Origin: Candidatus Latescibacterota bacterium
GTDB taxonomy: Bacteria > Latescibacterota > UBA2968 > UBA8231
Length of the DNA stretch: 64,000 nt
Assembly: GCA_965261395.1 (NCBI GenBank)
Contig: OZ253462.1
Span: 1-64,000, forward strand
Reading direction: 5' to 3'
The notes beneath the pieces are model-generated. The model was not told the DNA's origin. It did no database searches and worked only from the letters and a program-made list of their open reading frames with translations. This document shows, piece by piece, positions 1 to 8,815 of this stretch (positions within the stretch are counted from its first letter, which is position 1; each line of letters opens with the position of its first letter). A program made the position numbers and the translations under genes.

Positions 1-1
1 G

Positions 2-214
2 GTCAGCCTGATCAACCTCAACACCAACCAAGTCTGGCAGCAGGGGGGCACGCAGCGCAATTACCAGCCAGTGCAACTACAGCTTTTTGGCGGCAATAAA
101 CAAGGCGAGCGCCAACTGCTCATGGCCCTCGCCCGCCCGCTGCAACGCTTCCTCTTCCGCATCGCCCCGCCGCCCAAGCCGCAGGCCCGCCACTTTGATC
201 TAAGCGGCGATTAG
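2..214 (+). CDS. 3' end of hypothetical protein (partial, runs off window start)
   Basis: Frame +2 is open from the window edge (VSLINLNTNQVWQQ...HFDLSGD) to TAG 212-214, immediately followed by a terminator hairpin. Confidence 0.6.
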   Translation, partial: VSLINLNTNQVWQQGGTQRNYQPVQLQLFGGNKQGERQLLMALARPLQRFLFRIAPPPKPQARHFDLSGD

Positions 215-260
215 GCATAAAAAAGCGGAGGGCCTTTCGTGGCCCTCCGCTTTTTTATGC
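215..260. terminator. Bidirectional intrinsic terminator
   Basis: Perfect 20-bp inverted repeat gcataaaaaagcggagggcc / ggccctccgcttttttatgc with a 6-nt loop, between convergent genes. Confidence 0.9.
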
Positions 261-275
261 GTCTTTATCGAACAA

Positions 276-983
276 TCAGCGCCGTCGCTTCTTGGGCTTG
301 GCCGATTCCTTTGTCGCAGACGGCGCAGACGATTTGGAGGCCGGCTCGGACGGCGCAGACGATGCCTTCGGCGCACTCGGCGGCGAGCTGACCGAGGACC
401 GCGGCGTAGGCGTAGGTGCATTGCGGACCCGAGGCTCTACCCGCCGCTGCCACACTTCTTCTTCACGGCGCTGTACTCGGGTAGCCGCTGCTGGGTCGGT
501 AGTCATCGGTGTCGTATTCAGCCGGCTCGCCGCGCGCAAGTCGTCGAGCTGGCGCGTGTTGACCAGTTCATAACCTGGCGGCACGTAGTAACCCCCCGAA
601 CTCCGATAGTACGGATCGTAGCCATAGCTATAAGGCCCATAGCCGCCATAGTAGTAGGGGGAGCTGCCGTAGTAGCTGCCGTAGTAGTTGGGAACGTAGC
701 GACCACCGTAGCCACCGTAGCCACCGTAGCCACCGTAGCCACCGTAGCCACCGCCACCATAGCCACCGTAGCTACCATAGCCGCCGCGCACACCCGGATA
801 GCGGTAGAGATCGTCCATGTAGTCGCGGTCGTCGAACTGGCCAACCGTCGGTGCCTCGACATCGCGGGCCAGATCCTCGTCGTGCAGGTCGGCCACCTCG
901 TATGGGCTACTGAGCACCGTGTAGCAGCCACTGGCCATCAGCGCGGTTAGGGCCGAGCACAAAATCAAAGCCTTCGTTTTCAT
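276..983 (-). CDS. Gly/Tyr-rich lipoprotein with Ser/Pro/Lys-rich tail
   Basis: Signal peptide with lipobox (ASG-C), GGY repeats, AAGGAGG RBS upstream. Confidence 0.8.
   Translation of the reverse strand: MKTKALILCSALTALMASGCYTVLSSPYEVADLHDEDLARDVEAPTVGQFDDRDYMDDLYRYPGVRGGYGSYGGYGGGGYGGYGGYGGYGGYGGRYVPNYYGSYYGSSPYYYGGYGPYSYGYDPYYRSSGGYYVPPGYELVNTRQLDDLRAASRLNTTPMTTDPAAATRVQRREEEVWQRRVEPRVRNAPTPTPRSSVSSPPSAPKASSAPSEPASKSSAPSATKESAKPKKRRR
703..753. repeat. 9-bp tandem repeat (ccaccgtag x5 plus partial) encoding GGY repeats
   Basis: Read directly from the sequence. Confidence 0.9.
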
Positions 984-1067
984 GGACTTAACCCTCCTTA
1001 AGGGGCGTTAAACTCATCTCTGGACCTGAAATATACACAAACCAGCAACTGAAGCAAAAAAATAACC

Positions 1068-2387
1068 CTAAAAGTTGTAGCCCACGCCGACGACGAGGCG
1101 ATTAATCGCGTAGTCCTCGCTAAGGACGTTGTCTGAGTAGTCGCCTGAGTATTCTTCTACTTGCTTAAACGCACCCCGAACCCAAGCCAGATCTACTTGG
1201 ACTGCCTCGTCGAGCAGGATCCCGGCCCCGAGGGTGATAAAGCGCCGGTCCTCCTCAATGCGGATCGTCGGATCGTCGGAGCCGGGGTCGCGCGGGCCAA
1301 TAAAGGGAACCGGGTCCACGAAGTAGCCTGCCCTCAGATCCAGCGCGACGACCGGCACCTGGTACTCGACGCCGAAGTGGTAGCGCAAGACGTCCCTGTA
1401 CTGAGTCTCAAACGAGGTGTCAGCGCGCAAGCCGTATTCATCGGCCCCCTTGTACTCGCTCTGCGACCACTCGGCCAAATGCAGGCTACCCGCCAGCGTC
1501 AGGCCCTGCAGGGCCTCGGCCGAAGCGCCCACGCCGAACTCAAAAGGCAGCGTGAGCTCGTATGTGTTGCGCGCCTCTTCGTCCGAGAATTTCTCTACGG
1601 TCCCGTCGTCGTACTGGACTGAGCTATAACCCCTATCGCTAGGGGACCCGCGGAAGACATAGCGAATTTTGTGCGTCCCCCCAGTGGTAAACGTCGCGCC
1701 CAACCTGTAGCGGGGATTGTCGCGCGGCGTGCGCAGCATCGCGCCCAAGACGGCATACGGAGTCCACTGGTATTCGTCTGTAAAGCTGTCACGCGCGAAA
1801 AAGCGCTGCTCAAGGAACTCGTCCTGCGAATCCGCCCAGTCAAACTCATTGACGGCCTGGTCTTCACCGCTGACCAAACCCAAGGTCGCACCCAGTGAAA
1901 CAGCCGGCGACACGTCGATGGCTGCGGACACTCCCGCCAAAGCCAACTCGCCCTCGTGCTGGAAGGCGTGGTCTGCAGCAAGTCCGTCGTCGTCGCCTTT
2001 GAGATTGAGGCTCCAGTCGAAGTCCTTGATGCGGGTCAGGCCAGCGGCCAAGACCAAGCTGCCGCGATAGACCGGATAGGGATAGACAAAGCCCAGTGAG
2101 CCAAAGCGCGTATTGGTCAGCTCGCTTCTCCCCGCAGTGCCGTTGAAAACCGAGTCGTTGGCGCGACTATTGCGCAGTAAAGACACCTGCACCTCGCGCC
2201 GCTGCATTTGGGCCAAGCCCGCCGGATTCCAGTACATGGCCGTGAAGTCGTCAGCCACCCCAACAAAGGCACCGCCCATGCCCATGGCCCGCACTCCAAC
2301 CCCGGCAAAGTTGTCGATGGCCCGCTCCTCCTGGGCCGCTGCGCCACCGACCCAAACGCAAAGCAAAGCAATAGCCAGTATCTTCAT
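1068..2387 (-). CDS. OmpP1/FadL-family outer membrane beta-barrel
   Basis: Start reassigned to MKILAIALL (ATGA overlap with the upstream stop); GVRAMGMGGAFVGVADDFTAMYWNPAGL motif; C-terminal YNF. Confidence 0.8.
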   Translation of the reverse strand: MKILAIALLCVWVGGAAAQEERAIDNFAGVGVRAMGMGGAFVGVADDFTAMYWNPAGLAQMQRREVQVSLLRNSRANDSVFNGTAGRSELTNTRFGSLGFVYPYPVYRGSLVLAAGLTRIKDFDWSLNLKGDDDGLAADHAFQHEGELALAGVSAAIDVSPAVSLGATLGLVSGEDQAVNEFDWADSQDEFLEQRFFARDSFTDEYQWTPYAVLGAMLRTPRDNPRYRLGATFTTGGTHKIRYVFRGSPSDRGYSSVQYDDGTVEKFSDEEARNTYELTLPFEFGVGASAEALQGLTLAGSLHLAEWSQSEYKGADEYGLRADTSFETQYRDVLRYHFGVEYQVPVVALDLRAGYFVDPVPFIGPRDPGSDDPTIRIEEDRRFITLGAGILLDEAVQVDLAWVRGAFKQVEEYSGDYSDNVLSEDYAINRLVVGVGYNF

Positions 2388-3112
2388 CGGAATTCCCTCC
2401 TGTAAGTGATCGATAACTCTCGAATGGATTGGGAGTCGAAGTGATCGCTTTCCAGCGCGTTTTTGAGATAGTACGCGACCCTTAGCTGCGGCGTTACGAC
2501 CCACGCCCCCCCGACGTTCAAATAGCCATCTTCCACGCCCTGATTCTGTAAACCGTTGTTGCGGCCTAAGTCGTACTCCGCGAATAGGGCCATAAACCTC
2601 AAGCTCTTGTCTATGCCAAGCCACGCCGACCAATCGCCATCATCGACATCCTCTCGAGACAGATTGACGCCTGAGTGAACGCCGAGTTCCCCTAGTATTG
2701 AGGTATAATTCTTGCTCAACACCAGATAGATTCCCTTGGATTTGATTTGGTAGCGCTGCTTTCTATACGGCCCGACGCCCTGAGTATCGAAGCCCAAAAC
2801 CAGCGCCGGCCACGTGTAGCCCTCTTCTATGATCCGGCACCGGGCGGCCACTGCCACACGCGGGAACCAATTGATCGCACCCGTGCCAATAAGCTGCTCG
2901 CCGCCAAAAGACACGCCCACGCTCAGACGCTTGAGCACGCCGACGTGCAAGCGCCCGACAGCCCCCCCGTCGGCAAACAGACGCATATTCACCGCATAGT
3001 GCCCCTTGTTGACCAACCCGGCCGTCGGACTATCGACCAAGCTCGTCAACTCGGCCCCATCGGCCGCTGCCGGACCAGCGACAACGCAAAGGCACAATAT
3101 CAGCCGCTGCAA
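2384..3112 (-). CDS. Putative outer-membrane protein (YjbH-like)
   Basis: Signal peptide, LVDSPTAG N-terminal motif, amphipathic beta strands. Confidence 0.55.
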   Translation of the reverse strand: MQRLILCLCVVAGPAAADGAELTSLVDSPTAGLVNKGHYAVNMRLFADGGAVGRLHVGVLKRLSVGVSFGGEQLIGTGAINWFPRVAVAARCRIIEEGYTWPALVLGFDTQGVGPYRKQRYQIKSKGIYLVLSKNYTSILGELGVHSGVNLSREDVDDGDWSAWLGIDKSLRFMALFAEYDLGRNNGLQNQGVEDGYLNVGGAWVVTPQLRVAYYLKNALESDHFDSQSIRELSITYRREFR

Positions 3113-3136
3113 AATCCCCTCCCTTTGGCCAATTTC

Positions 3137-3592
3137 TCAGAACGCTATTTCGCCCACCCCATCCCCCTGCAAGGTAATTCGCCGCTCGCAAGCCTCGCCG
3201 TGCTCTAGCCACACATGGCAGCATCCATCGGGCAACGAGCCATCGGCGCGCTCGGCCCACTCGACCAAGCAGACGCCGCGGCCGTAAAAGTACTCTTCTG
3301 CCCCTAATTCCTCAAGCTCCTCAGCGCCCCCCAGCCTATAGAGATCAAAGTGATAGACGGGCAGGTCGCGGCCTCTACATTGCCCGGCGTATTCGTTGAT
3401 CAGGACAAAGGTCGGGCTCGTGACGTAATCGGCCACTTGCAGCGCCTCGCATACGCCTTGAATCATGCAGGTCTTGCCGCTGCCCAATTCGCCGCGAAAG
3501 GCGACCACATCGCCCGATGCCAGACACCGGCCCAGCGCAGCACCCAGCGCGTGGGTCTGGGCCGCCGAGTGCGTGGTAAAAACCTTTTTCAT
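3137..3592 (-). CDS. tsaE: tRNA threonylcarbamoyladenosine biosynthesis ATPase TsaE
   Basis: GELGSGKT P-loop, VTSPTF, YHFDLYRL, LVEWAE motifs. Confidence 0.95.
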   Translation of the reverse strand: MKKVFTTHSAAQTHALGAALGRCLASGDVVAFRGELGSGKTCMIQGVCEALQVADYVTSPTFVLINEYAGQCRGRDLPVYHFDLYRLGGAEELEELGAEEYFYGRGVCLVEWAERADGSLPDGCCHVWLEHGEACERRITLQGDGVGEIAF

Positions 3593-3598
3593 TTCGCC

Positions 3599-5158
3599 TT
3601 ACTTGGGCTCCATAATCGCCACGGGCAAAATCATTTCCTCCAAGGAGATGCCGCCGTGCTGGAAGCTGCCCTTGTAGCGGCGCTGGTACTTGTTGAACTG
3701 GGTCGGATAGACGAAGTAGAAGTCCTCGCGAGCGACGACAAAGCTATGACCAAGGCCCGCCGAAGGTAGCCCGTAGGCCTCCGGGTCGGCGATCAGCAGC
3801 GCGTCCTTTTCCTCGCAGCGGAGGTTCTGGCCATACTTGTAGCGCAGGCTCGAAGACGTGCTGCGGTCCCCATGCACCACTGAAGCGCGCATGCCGCGCA
3901 TTGAGCCGTGGTCGGTCGTCAGCACCACCACCGCGTCGGTACGGGCAATGCCCTTGAGGGTCTCAAAGAGCGACGCATTGCCAAACCACGTCTGCACCAA
4001 GGCGCGGAAGGCCGCCTCGTTCGGTGCCATTTCCTTGAGTAGGTCTGGCTGCGCCTGGCTGTGTACCAGCATGTCGAGGAAATTGTACACCACCGACACG
4101 AGCGGCCACTTGCCCAGCGACGGTACCCTGCGGGTCAATTTCCGCGCCTCGCTGGTGTCTAGCACCTTGACGTAGTGCGAACCCGGTTTGAGCGCAACGT
4201 CCATGTCGCGGACCAAGTCGTCGATGAATTGGTGCTCGTGCCGATTGAGGCTGTATTCGTTGTCTTGGGCTTCGCCCCACATGGTGCGGTACTTGTCGGC
4301 GATCTCTTTGGGGAACAGCCCGCTGAAGATCGCGTTGCGCGCAAAGGGCGTGGCCGTAGGCAAAATCGAGTAGTGATAGGAACGCTTGATGTTGAAGTAC
4401 TCGGCCAACTGAGGCTCCATCACCATCCAGTGATCCAAGCGCAGGCAATCGACCACGATGAAGAATACCTGCCGGCCTTGTTCGAGATAGGGCACCACGA
4501 ACTCGGGCACCACATCTACCGACAGCGGCGGTGAATCGCCTTCGTCCGCTATCCAGTGCGCGTAATGCTGCTCGATAAAGCGCCCAAATTCGCGATTGCA
4601 TTCGCGTCGCTGATCTCCAATCATCTGGCCCAGACCCGCGTCGCCTAAGCGCGCCACTTCGATGTCCCACTCGCAGAGCTGCCGATGTACGTCAATCCAA
4701 GTCTGCCAAGTCGCGCCCGCGACCTGCTCGCGGATCTGGCCGGCTCTTGAGACATAGTGCTGCCCGGCTTGGCTTTGGCGAATCTGCCGCGCGTCGAGGA
4801 GCTGTTTGCAAGCCATGAAAATCTGGCTGGGGTTGACCGGCTTTGTCAGGTAGTTGTCGATGCGGCGGCCAATGGCCTCGTCCATCAGGCGTTCTTCTTC
4901 GTTCTTGGTGATCATAATCACCGGCACGTTGGGATCGGCCATCTTGATCTGCTCCAAGGTCGAAAGCCCGTCCAGCCCCGGCATCATCTCGTCGAGCAGC
5001 ACGATGTCAAAGGGCGCTTGGGCAATAAGGGCGATGGCGTCCTTGCCGTTGCTCACCGGCGTCACCGCGTAGCCCCTTTCGTCGAGAAAGAGCCGGTGAG
5101 CGCGCAATAGGTCAATCTCGTCGTCGGCCCAGAGTATCTTTCGCTTGTCCCCTTCCAT
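3599..5158 (-). CDS. porX: PorX-like response regulator (REC plus PglZ/alkaline-phosphatase domain)
   Basis: ILWADDEIDLL receiver domain; SILPTATPFARNAIFSG, TTDHG and FQHGGISLEEM motifs; porX-tsaE order. Confidence 0.85.
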   Translation of the reverse strand: MEGDKRKILWADDEIDLLRAHRLFLDERGYAVTPVSNGKDAIALIAQAPFDIVLLDEMMPGLDGLSTLEQIKMADPNVPVIMITKNEEERLMDEAIGRRIDNYLTKPVNPSQIFMACKQLLDARQIRQSQAGQHYVSRAGQIREQVAGATWQTWIDVHRQLCEWDIEVARLGDAGLGQMIGDQRRECNREFGRFIEQHYAHWIADEGDSPPLSVDVVPEFVVPYLEQGRQVFFIVVDCLRLDHWMVMEPQLAEYFNIKRSYHYSILPTATPFARNAIFSGLFPKEIADKYRTMWGEAQDNEYSLNRHEHQFIDDLVRDMDVALKPGSHYVKVLDTSEARKLTRRVPSLGKWPLVSVVYNFLDMLVHSQAQPDLLKEMAPNEAAFRALVQTWFGNASLFETLKGIARTDAVVVLTTDHGSMRGMRASVVHGDRSTSSSLRYKYGQNLRCEEKDALLIADPEAYGLPSAGLGHSFVVAREDFYFVYPTQFNKYQRRYKGSFQHGGISLEEMILPVAIMEPK

Positions 5159-5219
5159 GTGCCGCCTTTATCTGTAAAATGTCATTCTTAATACGACGAT
5201 CTAAGCCCGCGCCCGTTCC

Positions 5220-6995
5220 TCAACCCAAAGGCAAAATCACCTCAAAGGTCGTGCCCTCGCCCGGCGCGCTATGCACCAAGCTGATCTTGCCCTTGTGGTA
5301 TTCTTCGACAATGCGCTTGACAAACACCAACCCCAGCCCCCAACCGCGCTTCTTGGTGCTGAACCCCGGCTCAAAGATGCGCTTGACGTGCTCGGATTCA
5401 ATGCCGCGCCCGTCGTCCTGAAATGCGACCTGCACTCCGCGGCCTTCGGGCAAAAGCTCCATGCGAATGCGCAAGTGGCCCGTCTGGCCATCCATGGCGT
5501 CGATGGCGTTCTTGCACAAATTCTCAAAAGCCCAGCTCATCAATTCGGCGTTGATCGGCACCGGCGGCAACTCGCCTAGGCATTCCAGTTCGATTTCCTG
5601 CCGCCCGAACTGGGGCGCGCGCCGCCGGAAGTATTCGATCGTCTCCTCCAACACGACGGCTACGTCCTTTTCCTCTAGCTCGGGCACCGAGCCGATCTGG
5701 CTGAAGCGCGAGGCAATTTGGTCGAGGCGACGCATGTCCTGCTGTATCTCCCCGATCATCTGATCGACGCGCTCCCAACGCTCGTCTCGGTCCGGCCTCG
5801 GGGCAGCGGCAACCTCGCCGCGCAGCAGTTCTAACCATCCGGACAGCGAGGAGAGAGGAGTCCCGAGCTGGTGAGCCGTCTCCTTGGCCATGCCCACCCA
5901 GAGCGAGCGCTGTTGGCTGCGCTTGATGTTGCGGTAGCCGATATAGCCGACGAGCATAAAGAGGAACAACACGCCGATCTGCACGAAAGGGGCAAGGGAA
6001 ATGCGGCCGACTAAGCTCGTGTCGCCGTAGTGGATATAGTGCTCGGCCGGTATCCTGAACTTTAGGGGCGCGCGCTGGCTGGCCAAGCTATCGACAAAGG
6101 TCCGGAGCTGATCTTGGACCGCTTCACTGGGATCGTCGCTAGCCAGCGGCAGCCCAGCCCCTAACCAAGCCTTAAATCGGCCCTCGGTGTCTGTGATGAT
6201 CGCGTTGGTCCCGTCCCAATGCAGATAGCTGAAGCTAGCGGCCGGTGCGCTGAAGGGCAGCAATTCCCCGGCCTCCATCTCCTGCAACGCCCGTTGCACC
6301 TCGGCGCGAGCAGCCGCCGAAGTGTCGCTGCTCACGGGCAGGCCCGTCCCCTGCCAAGCCGCGATGGCCCCTTGCGTATCCGCAATGATGACGCGGCCTC
6401 CCTCGCAATAGAGCCGCCCCAAGGTCTCCGGCGACCAGTAAAAGGGAATGGGCGGATTCTGGAGGTCCATTTCCTCGATCAGCCAGTGCAACTGAGCGGC
6501 CGAAGCAGCGGGCGCATCCGCCGCTTCGCTGCGCCAAAAGGTCCAGTCTTCCAAGAAGCTCGAAGTATCGATGTCCTCGGCCTGGATGATCTCGCCGTGG
6601 TGATTGGTGATGATGCGCGGGAAATCGACCTTGGTAATCACCTCAGTGAAGAGGGTGGGAATCTGGCCTTCCGATGCCTGCGGCGCGAATGAGATCAGAT
6701 GCGCATAGAGATCGACCCGGTTCTTTTCGTGTTCGCGCAATTCGGCGATGATCGACTCGTTGTAGAGCAGGAAGGCCAAAATAGCGGCAATACTGCCGAG
6801 AAAGATGTACGCGCGGAAAACCGGCGACGCGCCCAAGCTGGCTAGGGCACCGCGCCGCCAGCGCCGCCAGCCGCCTACAGGCGACGCGCCTTTTGCCGGC
6901 CGTTGCCGGGCACTCGAAGGTACCGCGACCTCCTCCATTGGAACCGAGCGGCGGTGGCGGCGGCGCTTGGATGCGGTATGGTCGCGTTGGCTCAT
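5220..6995 (-). CDS. Sensor histidine kinase (start uncertain; 6995 or 6938)
   Basis: Two TM segments, ETAHQLGTPLSSL H-box, NAIDA N-box, DDGRG, FSTKKRGWGLGL. Confidence 0.9.
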   Translation of the reverse strand: MSQRDHTASKRRRHRRSVPMEEVAVPSSARQRPAKGASPVGGWRRWRRGALASLGASPVFRAYIFLGSIAAILAFLLYNESIIAELREHEKNRVDLYAHLISFAPQASEGQIPTLFTEVITKVDFPRIITNHHGEIIQAEDIDTSSFLEDWTFWRSEAADAPAASAAQLHWLIEEMDLQNPPIPFYWSPETLGRLYCEGGRVIIADTQGAIAAWQGTGLPVSSDTSAAARAEVQRALQEMEAGELLPFSAPAASFSYLHWDGTNAIITDTEGRFKAWLGAGLPLASDDPSEAVQDQLRTFVDSLASQRAPLKFRIPAEHYIHYGDTSLVGRISLAPFVQIGVLFLFMLVGYIGYRNIKRSQQRSLWVGMAKETAHQLGTPLSSLSGWLELLRGEVAAAPRPDRDERWERVDQMIGEIQQDMRRLDQIASRFSQIGSVPELEEKDVAVVLEETIEYFRRRAPQFGRQEIELECLGELPPVPINAELMSWAFENLCKNAIDAMDGQTGHLRIRMELLPEGRGVQVAFQDDGRGIESEHVKRIFEPGFSTKKRGWGLGLVFVKRIVEEYHKGKISLVHSAPGEGTTFEVILPLG

Positions 6996-7002
6996 CGGCT
7001 AT

Positions 7003-7043
7003 AAAAAAAATCCATCGGCAGCACGCGGTGCAGATGGATTTTT
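7003..7043 (-). terminator. Intrinsic terminator after the bactofilin gene
   Basis: aaaaatccatc...gatggattttt stem followed by a T-run on the minus strand. Confidence 0.6.
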
Positions 7044-7068
7044 CACGCAAAAACGAGGTGGGAAAGCG

Positions 7069-7521
7069 CTATTTCTTTTGGACTTGGGGTTTAGGCGCGG
7101 ACGGGACGGGCTTTGCAGCGTTGCCGTCTTGGGCACCCGTTGCCGGCGACTCGCTCTTCTTGTGGTTTTCCATCGAACAAGAACCCTGGAAGATCGCGCC
7201 CTCGGCGACCGTGAACGAGTCGGTGTGCACATCGCCAGTAAAGCGCGACTGCGTGTCCAACCGCACCTTATCAGCACGCACGGTACCATTTACAACGCCA
7301 TCGATGTACGCGTCTTTGCAATGCAAAATAGCATCAGCCTCGCCCGACTGGCTGATCGTCAACTCCCCTGAGCAGGCCAGTTCGCCCTTGAATACGCCGT
7401 CTATTCTGACGCTGTTGTCCACCGTCAGCTTACCTTCAAAGTGGCTACCGCGGCCGATGATCGTATTGAGTGCTTGTCCATTGCTAGAAGTGGAGATACC
7501 CTTCTTTTTGTTACTCAGCAT
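7069..7521 (-). CDS. Bactofilin (polymer-forming cytoskeletal protein)
   Basis: TIIGRGSHFEGKL...VRIDGVFKGEL...GAIFQGSCSM beta-helix pattern. Confidence 0.9.
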   Translation of the reverse strand: MLSNKKKGISTSSNGQALNTIIGRGSHFEGKLTVDNSVRIDGVFKGELACSGELTISQSGEADAILHCKDAYIDGVVNGTVRADKVRLDTQSRFTGDVHTDSFTVAEGAIFQGSCSMENHKKSESPATGAQDGNAAKPVPSAPKPQVQKK

Positions 7522-7624
7522 TTCTTTTTGTCCTAACTTGGTTGCGCGTTTCCACGGTCCCTTAGCCGCGATTTCTTGGAATATACAATACAACCCGGAG
7601 TTGGGCGAATCGACAAGCGACGCG

Positions 7625-8800
7625 TCAACTGGCCGCGCGCTTTTTGCGGGAGGTGCTCAGGGCCTTGCGGATTTCCTCCTGCTCTTGCAGTTGCTCGCTC
7701 ACTACCATGGCGACCTCGCTCGTCAGGCTCTCGACCGAGGTTGTGGTAATCACCGGAATGCCGTGGGCAGCATTCGTTTCAATGAGATAGTCCTGAATTT
7801 TGAGAATATCCTCCAAGTGCTCCATATAGCGATGGGCCGAGCGCGACGGGGCCTCGCTGGCGCGCTGGGCAAAGCGATTCTCAAAGGCGTCGCGGCCAGG
7901 AAGCTCCAAACAGATCGGCGTGATAAAAGCGTCACCAGCATATCCCTCTAAGTCCAACATGTCGCTGATTAGGTGTACGCCGTCGATGATGACGCTAGTG
8001 TTTTCCTCGATGCAGCGGCTAATGATGGCCTTAACCCCGACGCAGACGCTGCGCGCCTGCTCGCGAAACCCGGCGACGACTGGATCGTGGTGGCCGGCCG
8101 CAGGGGCGACCTTCCAAGCGGTGTACGAGGAGGCGTGCAGGGCCGGCATCAACTCCTGCGCAAGCGTCAGGCGCATGACTTGGCGCAAATCGTCGGTAGC
8201 TACCACCCGAGGAATATCGAGCAAATTGGCCAGCGCAATCGCCAACGTGGTCTTGCCGACCCCGCTAGCACCACCGATGAGGATGATCAGGGGTTTATCT
8301 ACATCGCCCCAAGCTCGCCACAAGCGATAGCGCTCGGCAAAGGACCTGTCAAAGGATTTTTCGATCAGTTCGGCCGCCAGATCCTCCAGCTCCCAATGCG
8401 CGATGTGCTGGTGGCGCTGGTCGATCAAGCGCGCTTCAATCGTCTGCGCAATCTCGTAGCTCTGGTCTGGGGGCAGCCCAGACGCCTGAATGGAATCCGA
8501 AAGCAGTTCCTTGGAGAAAGGCCGCGACCCGCTCTTGCGCTCGACGGTGATGGTGGTGGGCTGGCGTTCCCAAAAAATTAGGTCGCCGGCCTCGTGCGTG
8601 CCAAACCCCTTGCGAATGGCACTATGTACGAGCTGCACCATGTCCTTCTTGCGCACGAACTCTACTTTGCCCAAAGACGCGCGCACCGCATTGGCCACAG
8701 CGCGGGCGTCTTCGTAGCTGAAGCCGCGCTCAATTAGGTAGTGTACCAGCATTCCGCGCATAAAGGGGATGCGCTTTTTGCCATCGACTATGGTTGCCAC
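7625..8800 (-). CDS. 2-phosphoglycerate kinase-like protein with tandem ATP-cone domains
   Basis: PFMRGMLV and PFSKELLSDSI ATP-cone starts; YRLWR...PLIILIGGASGVGKT; LHASSY; IIDGVHL. Confidence 0.75.
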   Translation of the reverse strand: MATIVDGKKRIPFMRGMLVHYLIERGFSYEDARAVANAVRASLGKVEFVRKKDMVQLVHSAIRKGFGTHEAGDLIFWERQPTTITVERKSGSRPFSKELLSDSIQASGLPPDQSYEIAQTIEARLIDQRHQHIAHWELEDLAAELIEKSFDRSFAERYRLWRAWGDVDKPLIILIGGASGVGKTTLAIALANLLDIPRVVATDDLRQVMRLTLAQELMPALHASSYTAWKVAPAAGHHDPVVAGFREQARSVCVGVKAIISRCIEENTSVIIDGVHLISDMLDLEGYAGDAFITPICLELPGRDAFENRFAQRASEAPSRSAHRYMEHLEDILKIQDYLIETNAAHGIPVITTTSVESLTSEVAMVVSEQLQEQEEIRKALSTSRKKRAAS

Positions 8801-8815
8801 GATAAGCGATCCCTT

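Noticed and set aside
276-300. C-terminal PKKRRR resembling a eukaryotic nuclear localisation signal
   Set aside because: Basic tails are common on disordered bacterial proteins, and the protein is a predicted lipoprotein
6893-7951. 352-aa plus-strand ORF and many other long antisense ORFs (e.g. 28730-29641, 45890-46951, 58455-59390)
   Set aside because: Shadow ORFs opposite well-supported genes, expected in high-GC DNA; no motifs
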